Below are positions 18,098 through 25,595 of a DNA stretch of 53,657 nt, in pieces. The stretch lies in contig JAZKSH010000002.1 of NCBI GenBank assembly GCA_036626195.1, positions 1-53,657 on the forward strand, in the 5' to 3' direction. The notes under the pieces were generated by a model. That model saw only the letters and a program-made list of their open reading frames with translations. It was not told the DNA's origin and made no database searches. The first letter of the stretch is position 1; each line of letters starts with the position of its first letter. The translations under genes and the position numbers were made by a program. The stretch comes from Thermoplasmatota archaeon (GTDB lineage Archaea; Thermoplasmatota; Thermoplasmata; Halarchaeoplasmatales; Halarchaeoplasmataceae).

Positions 18098-18676
18098 TCA
18101 TTCTTCTTCGTTTTCATCTTCCTCGGAGTCAGTAGTTAGATGATCCAACAGGGGTCTGCTGTTGGACATTATTTTAGGATGGGGATTCGGGTCATGTATG
18201 TTGACGTTTTCACATCTTTTGCATACCAGGGCTACGGCGAACTCACCTTCGTGTCCGCAGCTCGGGCATTCGAAAGTTTTGGGTAATAAAGTGGAATCCT
18301 GTATCTTGATTTCGAGCCGAGCCAATCTGCTGCCTAAAAGACCGATCTGGGTGGCCAGTTTATCTTCCATGCTACGTTCTTTTTCTTCCTTTCCCAACTC
18401 GGAATACTTTTGATAGAGAGTCTCCGCTTTATCGGCGGCACAAAAACCGCTTTTGACTAATTCTTTTGGTTCCTCACCCTCCTCGAACATCTCGAAGGCC
18501 TTCGACTCGAGCGCCATTTTCTTCAACCTCTCTGACATGTTGGGGTTACCGGAGATTATATCTCTGATTTTCCCCACTGGCTTATCGAGTTCATCCGCTA
18601 TCTCTTTCAACGACAGCCCTTCATCGGATAATTCGAGGAGCTCTTCTTCATCTAGCTCAGCACTCATGATACACAA
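18098..18676 (-). CDS. Hypothetical HTH / coiled-coil / zinc-ribbon protein with an acidic tail
   Basis: N-terminal sigma-region-4-like LSLKEIADELDKPVGKIRDI, a central heptad region, then CPSCGHEGEFAVALVCKRCENV and C-terminal DSEEDENEEE. Confidence 0.45.
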   Translation of the reverse strand: MCIMSAELDEEELLELSDEGLSLKEIADELDKPVGKIRDIISGNPNMSERLKKMALESKAFEMFEEGEEPKELVKSGFCAADKAETLYQKYSELGKEEKERSMEDKLATQIGLLGSRLARLEIKIQDSTLLPKTFECPSCGHEGEFAVALVCKRCENVNIHDPNPHPKIMSNSRPLLDHLTTDSEEDENEEE

Positions 18677-18723
18677 CCCAAACTATCTTTTCACTTATAA
18701 TTATTGTGAATGGTGTGGAAAAA

Positions 18724-19548
18724 TCATCTGAGATCAAGACTGATATCTAGAGATCTTATCTGGTGGGTCAAGGCGCCGACAGAGATGACGTCTATCCTCG
18801 TGGCGGCCACCTTTTCTATAGTATCAAGGTCTATGTTCCCCGAGGCCTCCAAAGTAGCTTCACCGTTGACTATTTGGACGGCCTTTTCCATCTCTTCTAT
18901 AGACATGTTATCCAACATGATTATGTCTGCGTCGGCTTCTAGGGCTTGCTTCACTCCTTTGACGGATTTCACTTCCACTTCTATTTTTACCGTGTGGCTT
19001 TTTCTCACCCTGCCTACGGCCTCTTTTATGCTTCCCGCCGAGCGTATATGATTGTCCTTTATTAGCACGGCGTCGTAAAGTCCCATCCTGTGGTTGTTCC
19101 CTCCTCCGGTCCTGACCGCGTACTTTTCTAGTATGCGGAGGTTAGGCGTGGTCTTTCGAGTATCGACCACCTCTACGTCGTGACCTTCAACCTTTTTTAC
19201 GTATTGTCTGGTCCGTGTGGCTATACCGGATAGCCTCTGAAGGAAGTTCAACGCGGTCCTTTCGCCTCTCAGGATGCTCCTTGTCTTTCCGGAGACCAAC
19301 GCGATCTTTTCTCCAGGTTTTATGGTCTCGCCGTCTCTCTTTAAACGTTCAAAATCGATATCGCGGTCGATCTCTTTGAAAACCATCTCCGCTACGGGCA
19401 GACCCGCGAGTATCCCTCCCTCTTTGGACTTTATCTCTGCAGAGGAACTCACGTTTTTTGATACAACGCTATCGGTGGTGATATCTCCGGTCCATATATC
19501 CTCCTCTATAGCCTCGACCACTATCTTTCTAACCCTGTGTTCGTTCAT
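18724..19548 (-). CDS. nadC: Nicotinate-nucleotide pyrophosphorylase (quinolinate phosphoribosyltransferase)
   Basis: NadC family (GDITT, ALNFLQRLSGIAT, IMLDNM). ATGA overlap with nadB. Confidence 0.9.
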   Translation of the reverse strand: MNEHRVRKIVVEAIEEDIWTGDITTDSVVSKNVSSSAEIKSKEGGILAGLPVAEMVFKEIDRDIDFERLKRDGETIKPGEKIALVSGKTRSILRGERTALNFLQRLSGIATRTRQYVKKVEGHDVEVVDTRKTTPNLRILEKYAVRTGGGNNHRMGLYDAVLIKDNHIRSAGSIKEAVGRVRKSHTVKIEVEVKSVKGVKQALEADADIIMLDNMSIEEMEKAVQIVNGEATLEASGNIDLDTIEKVAATRIDVISVGALTHQIRSLDISLDLR

Positions 19549-21134
19549 CTTACATACCCCTCAGGATGCTCTTTATTGAAAAGGACTTGTTTATCTTTCC
19601 ATTCCGACTTTTTATCAGGATGGTCGGCCCTATAATGTGCTCCTCTACTTTCTTCTCTTATCAGAGCGGACCTAGATATCAACATCCCGACTCTAAGCAT
19701 ATTTTTGACTTCTTGACCTTTGGTGTTAAATACTTCGATATTTTCGATCAGTTCTATCTTTTCTTCCAACCAGCCAATGAGCTCTAGAAGTTTATCTTTT
19801 TCTCTCATGATCCCGGCTTTATCCATCATGAGACGCCTAAACTCTTTCTTGAGTTCTCTCAACTCCAAGTCATCGGAACTACCATTTTCTAATTCAATAT
19901 CGTCTGTGTTTACGGAACTACTATCGACTCCATTTTCTCTTATCTTCTCAAAGATCCTGTGTCCGAAAACTATACCCTCGAGTAAAGAATTACTCGCTAA
20001 ACGGTTGGCACCGTGAACACCCGTCGAGGCGACTTCACCGCATGCAAAAAGATTCTGAATGGAGGTACGGCCGTGTAGATCGGTTTTTACACCGCCTATC
20101 ATGTAATGAGCGGAAGGTACCACCGGTATCAGATCATCAGCCATATCTATACCCTTTTTCTTTAAAGTCCGGTAGATATTGGGGAATCTTCCTTTGATAT
20201 ATTTCTTATCTAGGTGGGTGACGTCCAACCAGACGTTCTCTTTATCGGACTTTTCAGTCTCCTCGACGATGGCTCTCGCCACGATATCTCGTGGTGCTAG
20301 TTCAGCCTCCTCGTGATATTCCTTCATGAACCTATCGCCTTTCTCGTTCCTGAGATACCCTCCTTCTCCTCTTACCGTCTCCGATATCAAGAAGGATACT
20401 CCTTCAGGGTAGTATAATGCAGTGGGATGGAACTGTATGAACTCCATGTCTACGATATCGGCACCGCTTCTATAGGCTACAGCCACTCCGTCACCCGTAG
20501 TGACTTCAGGGTTAGTAGTATTTTTATAAACCATCCCGCAACCCCCGCTGGCTAGAATTCCGTACGATGCGTCGTAAAAAACAAGGTTTTCCTTTTCGTG
20601 ATCCCAGCAGAGCGCACCGGTAAATCTGTTATCGTTCACTATCATATCTATAAGGAACGTTCTTTCGCTCAACTCAATATTTTCACCGTTCCTGACGACA
20701 CCGGTTAAAGACTCTCTGATTTCCTCACCAGTGGCGTCTCCTCTTGCGTGCAATACTCTCCTTCTGCTGTGTGCACCCTCTCTAGCCAAGTCTAATTCCC
20801 CTTCGATAAAATCGAATTGCGTACCCAACTCTATCAGCTCGTTGACCCTCTCAGGTCCCTCCTTTACTAAAACTCTTACAGCCTTTTCATCACAGAAGCC
20901 GTCTCCCGCGTTTAAGGTATCTATCATATGCAGCTCCCAGGAATCACCTTTATCTAGGACCGCGGCTATGCCTCCCTGTGCATACTGGGTACTGCTTTCC
21001 TCGACCTTATTTTTAGTGATCACCTGAACGTGACCCAGTCTACTCAGTTTCCAGCCGGTATAAAGGCCGGCTATTCCACTTCCGACAACGAGAAAATCCG
21101 TTTCGATATGTTCATCTATAGGTGGAGTCATCAC
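19545..21134 (-). CDS. nadB: L-aspartate oxidase
   Basis: FAD motif VVGSGIAGL and the FHPT / GANRLASNSL motifs. Starts at GTG 21134 or ATG 21131. Confidence 0.9.
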   Translation of the reverse strand: MMTPPIDEHIETDFLVVGSGIAGLYTGWKLSRLGHVQVITKNKVEESSTQYAQGGIAAVLDKGDSWELHMIDTLNAGDGFCDEKAVRVLVKEGPERVNELIELGTQFDFIEGELDLAREGAHSRRRVLHARGDATGEEIRESLTGVVRNGENIELSERTFLIDMIVNDNRFTGALCWDHEKENLVFYDASYGILASGGCGMVYKNTTNPEVTTGDGVAVAYRSGADIVDMEFIQFHPTALYYPEGVSFLISETVRGEGGYLRNEKGDRFMKEYHEEAELAPRDIVARAIVEETEKSDKENVWLDVTHLDKKYIKGRFPNIYRTLKKKGIDMADDLIPVVPSAHYMIGGVKTDLHGRTSIQNLFACGEVASTGVHGANRLASNSLLEGIVFGHRIFEKIRENGVDSSSVNTDDIELENGSSDDLELRELKKEFRRLMMDKAGIMREKDKLLELIGWLEEKIELIENIEVFNTKGQEVKNMLRVGMLISRSALIREESRGAHYRADHPDKKSEWKDKQVLFNKEHPEGYVR

Positions 21135-22042
21135 TCACTTCCTCTTCCTATCTCGACCATCCTTTCTAGAGGTTTCTTTGCTTTCCGCGCTAATTCTTTA
21201 TCCACGGTCATGACGGGTTCTAAATTTTCGAGGGATTTAACGACCTTCTCTAATGTTATCTTCTTCATGTTCTGACAGGTAGGGTCTCCAGGGAAATGAT
21301 ACTCTTTTTCCGGCACCTCCTTTTTCAACCTGTATCCCATCTCCTTCTCGGTGCCGATTATCATGTCCCGAGCGCTGGTCGTTTTAGCCCTCTCTAGGAT
21401 CCCGGCGGTGGATTCTACGTAGTCCGCGAGATCCACCACTCTGGGTCTACACTCGGGATGCACGACGACTTCCGCTTCAGGGTACTCGTTCACCATCTTT
21501 TTCACGTCTTTTTCGCTGATGTTGTCGTGCGTGGCACAGTATCCGTCCCACACGTCAACTTCCTTTTCCTCGACGAAGCGGTTGATGTAGCTGCCCAGGT
21601 TCTTGTCCGGCACGAACAATGCTTTGGAATTGTCTAAACTTTCTACAACCTTCACGGCGTTGGAAGAGGTGCAGCAGACGTCGGATTCCGCCTTGGTCTG
21701 GATATTGGTGTTGACGTAAGATACAACGCCGGTTTCAGGATTTTTCTCCTTGTAATCTTTCAGTTCTTTCAAGTCGACCATCTCGGCCATGGGGCACCCC
21801 GCTTGCGGTTCTGGATGGATGACGTTCTTGTCAGGGTTGAGGATGGCTGCGGATTCCACCATGAAGTCGACCCCGCAGAACACGACGTTCGAAACATCCA
21901 GCTCGGCAACCTTTCTTGCCAGCCCGAAAGAGTCGCCCACGAAGTCCGCCGCGTCCTGTATCTCGCCCACCTGGTAATTGTGCGCCACGATGACAGCGTC
22001 GTTCTCTTCCTTCAATTCCTCTATCCTACCAATCAGAGACAT
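21131..22042 (-). CDS. nadA: Quinolinate synthase
   Basis: NadA family (AHNYQ, CPMA, VSYVNT, the CATH-type Fe-S ligand region). First gene of a tightly overlapping nadA-B-C operon. Confidence 0.9.
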   Translation of the reverse strand: MSLIGRIEELKEENDAVIVAHNYQVGEIQDAADFVGDSFGLARKVAELDVSNVVFCGVDFMVESAAILNPDKNVIHPEPQAGCPMAEMVDLKELKDYKEKNPETGVVSYVNTNIQTKAESDVCCTSSNAVKVVESLDNSKALFVPDKNLGSYINRFVEEKEVDVWDGYCATHDNISEKDVKKMVNEYPEAEVVVHPECRPRVVDLADYVESTAGILERAKTTSARDMIIGTEKEMGYRLKKEVPEKEYHFPGDPTCQNMKKITLEKVVKSLENLEPVMTVDKELARKAKKPLERMVEIGRGSE

Positions 22043-22551
22043 CGCTTGTCCATATATGACCTTATTATAAGTTTTTACCCCGTTGGTAGGGAGTTGGGAA
22101 AAAGCTCTTGCTGAATTTCGACTTGGGCGTGTGAGGATTATCTGTTGGAAGAATAGATATTTAGTTATCTCTTTTTTATCCGTACCCCTCTGGATGCTCT
22201 ACCCCCATATTCTTCCTTTCGTCACATTCAAGATGAACAGAAGCGCCATAGATACTAGGAGGATCGTCCCACGGACGTAAGATCCCACAGGTAAATAGTC
22301 TCACTTCATCATAACCGCTCTTACACTGCAGAAGTCCATTCAACAGATTAGCCTACACCGAACGGAGTGAATTTTAACAAAAACATGTCCACCTGCAGAA
22401 GGAAAGCGAGCTTTACTCTTAGGGTTAGACGTGAGTTTACGGACTATTTTGGCTTCTTAAAGATAGTAAGGGTATAGAGGAATTGCCTCTTTATTCACCA
22501 CAAAATACATATATTGGAATTTAATTTATCTACCTGATTAGAGGGAAAAAT

Positions 22552-23235
22552 ATGGAAACAAAAGGAATGATAGGAGGAATTTTGGCGATCATAGCGCTGG
22601 TGTTGATAGTAGTAGCCATGTTCACCATGCCGTGGTACAATGTACACACTGAAAGGACTGTTCAGGACCAAACGATGGAAACCGATATGGACTATCATAT
22701 TGACCATTTAGAGGTAAGCTCCTCTGAGAGTGACGAGACTGACGAGATAGACTATGACGACGAATCTATCCCAGACGACAGTGAGGTCGTGAATACATTT
22801 GAGACCACGGAGATGATGGGTTTTGGAGGAATAGCAGGCGCTTTACTGGCGATGATAGGAGCTTTCGCCGTTGCTGCCGCTAAACTGAATCAAAAGATCG
22901 GCGCAGTGCTGGTAGTAATAGGACTGGTGATCGCTATGGCAGCCCCGCTTTATCTCATGATGCAGCTGCCCGGCGCCTTCGAAGCGGATGAAGAAAATCC
23001 GGATGACAAAGGACCCCACCAAAGTTTCTTCGGTTCCAAAAGTGAAGATGGTTATGAGGAATCTTGGGGACCGACTACAGGATGGTACATGGCACTGGTC
23101 TCCGGTATTCTCCTAATCGTCTCTCTTGTACTTGTGGCGTTAAGTTCCCCGGTGACCATGGATTCTGAAGAGGAGACCCTTGCTGAAGAGCCGTATGAAG
23201 AACCCGCCCCAGAGCAGGAAGAAGAAAACTGGTAA
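22552..23235 (+). CDS. Hypothetical four-TM membrane protein with acidic loop and acidic tail
   Basis: Hydrophobic helices alternate with D/E-rich segments (SSSESDETDEIDYDDESIPDD; C-terminal EEPYEEPAPEQEEENW). No family recognised. Confidence 0.4.
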   Translation: METKGMIGGILAIIALVLIVVAMFTMPWYNVHTERTVQDQTMETDMDYHIDHLEVSSSESDETDEIDYDDESIPDDSEVVNTFETTEMMGFGGIAGALLAMIGAFAVAAAKLNQKIGAVLVVIGLVIAMAAPLYLMMQLPGAFEADEENPDDKGPHQSFFGSKSEDGYEESWGPTTGWYMALVSGILLIVSLVLVALSSPVTMDSEEETLAEEPYEEPAPEQEEENW

Positions 23236-23390
23236 ACCGAAGGACCCTGAGGTCAAACCAAAACCTTTCTTTTTATTCTTTTCAATAACAAAAGTTCAAG
23301 CGATGTCATTAATGAATCAGCTAATAATCTATTTTTAAACAAAAAGCATATATATTGAAGCTTACTATTATAATATTGAAGTGAAAAATC

Positions 23391-23645
23391 ATGGGTGGAA
23401 GAAAGTCTAGTAGCAAAAAGACTAAAAAATCGGCCAAAAAACACAAGGATCGAGCTAAAAGCCTGAAAAAACAAGCTAAGTATGAGAAAAAGGCGGCTAA
23501 ACAAGAAAAGAAAATCGGTAAATATGAGCAAAAGATCGAAAAATACCAGAAGAAAATAAAAGATTTAAAGAAGAAGATAAAGAAGGTTAGGAAAAAGAAG
23601 AATAAATATCAGCAAAAAGCAAAGAAGACTGGACCGAAAAAGTAA
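23391..23645 (+). CDS. Hyper-basic lysine-rich 84-aa protein
   Basis: By my count, 37 Lys + 3 Arg against 6 Asp/Glu. Heptad-like KKIGKYEQKIEKYQKKIKDLKKKIKK. The ATG is preceded by an AT-rich region with ttataata. Confidence 0.4.
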   Translation: MGGRKSSSKKTKKSAKKHKDRAKSLKKQAKYEKKAAKQEKKIGKYEQKIEKYQKKIKDLKKKIKKVRKKKNKYQQKAKKTGPKK

Positions 23646-23877
23646 CAAATTAAATTAAGAAAAAACTCTCGCGAAATCGATTCGAAATCAAATTGCAGTC
23701 CTTGATAACCTATCTAAACTTATAGCTTTAAGCATGTCATTCTTTTGATGACAGCTTCTTATCAGAATAGAAAATTATCACCAACTCAATGGAGGGGCTT
23801 CGTCCCGAAATGTTTGAGTTCGACATAAATCAATTTAACTTTTCGAAAATCTATCTAGCCGAGATTTTTTTGAATCT

Positions 23878-24153
23878 TTATTTCGCGGGAAAACCGGCTA
23901 GTAGCCAAGTGGCAAAAGTATTGAGAATGATACCTGCCAGTACAACAAAAGCATAAACGCCTATTGGTGCATTTCCCTGATTACGGAATACCTCTACGAT
24001 AATTATCCCGATAATCCCTCCAAGAGCTCCAAGTCCTATGGTATAATAAAATATGTGTTTACTCGCCTCTTCACTTCTCCGTGAAAGGAGAACAGATAAA
24101 ATGATCATGAGACCTATTACGAGCAGATAGATGAAACAGCTTCCGCCTTCCAT
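23878..24153 (-). CDS. Hypothetical small three-TM membrane protein
   Basis: 91 aa, three hydrophobic helices. No family recognised. Confidence 0.35.
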   Translation of the reverse strand: MEGGSCFIYLLVIGLMIILSVLLSRRSEEASKHIFYYTIGLGALGGIIGIIIVEVFRNQGNAPIGVYAFVVLAGIILNTFATWLLAGFPAK

Positions 24154-24282
24154 ATTTTCACCTTTTAATAAGCTTTTGTATATTTATTTTTTCGGGATGT
24201 GGCCCAACGAGGATAAAAGTTATAAGAGGAAAAAATGTATCAAGCTTCAAAATATATCAAAAAACCTAGGTAGGGCTTTAAT

Positions 24283-25168
24283 ATGACGCTGCCCGATTTT
24301 GTTATCTGTGGAGCTCAAAAATCAGGTACTAGTTCTTTATCTTATCTCCTCTCACAACATCCAAAAATTTGTGAGACCGTTTGTGAAGAGATGCACTTTT
24401 TTTGCTGGGACGAGACATATAAACAAGGCGAGGAATGGTATGAAAAAAAGTTCAAAGATTGTGAAAGTGATAATAAGATAGGGGAGAAGACCCCTTATTA
24501 TATGTATCATCTAAAGGTTCCAGGAAGGATGAAAGAGGTGATCCCAGAAGCTTAGTTGATGTTTATACTCCGAAATCCATTTGATAGGGCCTATTCTCAC
24601 TATTGGCACGAAGTCAGGAAGGGAGGGGAGCGCTTGAGTTTCGAAGAGGCGATCAAAAAAGAGGAAAAAAGGATCAAAAAAGACAGCTATAAGAAAAATC
24701 ACTTTTCATACCTGGACAGGGGAAAATATGCTGAACAGATAAAGGGATTTCTAGAATATTATGACAGAAAAAAAAATCAAAAAAGTGATATTTGAAGATT
24801 TCAAGGAAACCCGGATCCAAACCGTAAAAGAATTATATCGGTTTTTAGGGGTTGATCCTGATTTCATCCCTGAAGAAAATGAAAAAAAAGACGCGGGAAA
24901 AAGGCCACGTTCTTTATTTCTCTCACGAATAGCACATTCAGGAAACCCATTCCTAGGAGAGCTTCCTCAAGTCCGACTTAACGAGACCAATAAAGGTCTT
25001 CAGGTTATGGGAGGTGCGCTGAGGGCTTTAATTAATAAAGTCAATTGGAAGACAGGATATCCCAACATGGAGGTGGACACAAGAAAAAAGCTGAATCAAT
25101 ATTTTGAACCGTATAACAAAAAATTAGAAAAGTTATTAGACATCAATGTTGATCATTGGAAAAACTGA
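24283..25168 (+). pseudogene. Sulfotransferase-domain gene interrupted by an in-frame TAG (24553-24555) and a +1 shift in an A9 run (24768-24776)
   Basis: Three colinear ORF pieces rebuild one protein. They carry the PAPS 5'-PSB motif GAQKSGTSSL, the 3'-PB motif LRNPFDRAYSHYWH, and then ...YYDRKK / IKKVIFEDFKE...LYRFLGVDP. Deleting one A restores the frame. Confidence 0.7.
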
Positions 25169-25272
25169 AAGATGTTTATTTGGAGAAGGGCTATATCAGT
25201 AGGAAAATATATATTTTCATCGATAACTGGAGAAAGAAGGGTATGAGTATGAATTTTAAAAGAAAAGAAAAG

Positions 25273-25368
25273 TGCTCCCGGGGGGATTCGAACCCCCGTG
25301 ATCGGCTTTCCCTGGCCTTCACCGGCCTCGAAAGGCCGAGATGATTGGCCGGACTACACCACAGGAGC
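25273..25368 (-). tRNA. tRNA-Glu (anticodon UUC) with an about 21-nt intron; CCA not encoded
   Basis: The minus strand reads GCTCCTG TG GTGTAGTCCGGCCAATCAT C TCGGC CTTTCG[AGGCCGGTGAAGGCCAGGGAA]A GCCGA TCAC GGGGG TTCGAAT CCCCC CGGGAGC A. It has a 7-bp acceptor stem (one G-U), a 5-bp T stem and a 5-bp anticodon stem. The insertion sits at 25308-25328, right after position 37. Confidence 0.9.
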
Positions 25369-25595
25369 GAAAGCGAATGGAAAGAAGTTTCGCGACTGAG
25401 AGGAATCGAAGATTCCTCGTGGGTGCAAATTGTGAAGCAATTTGCGACTTATTGGAACTTTGTTCCGAGTCAGGAGCAATTAATATATCGTGGCTTCCTC
25501 TTACAAGTCGGGCTTAATATATATTTTTCTCCTATTCCTTCAAAGCGAAGGGCGAAAAACTTATACTCACTTTACAATACCCATTCGGTGGTAAG

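Noticed and set aside
22380-22420. cctgcagaaggaaagcgagc as a possible SRP-RNA helix-8-like GGAA motif
   Set aside because: The resemblance is limited to a few bases. No flanking complementary strands or conserved asymmetric loops could be built.
23253-23531. 92-aa minus-strand F/L-rich ORF opposite the lysine-rich ORF
   Set aside because: It is the poly-T complement of an A-rich region. It could equally mean the Lys-rich frame is spurious, so that CDS is given only 0.4 confidence.
24553-24555. Reading the in-frame TAG as a genuine pyrrolysine codon
   Set aside because: The same gene also carries a frameshift, and no pyl genes are in the window. Pseudogenisation is simpler. It is kept only as an alternative to test.
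22043-25272. Calling the AT-rich islet a tRNA-integrated mobile element or provirus
   Set aside because: I could find no integrase, transposase, capsid-like gene or duplicated tRNA 3' fragment. Only composition and gene content are unusual, so it is reported as a finding and not as a mobile_element feature.
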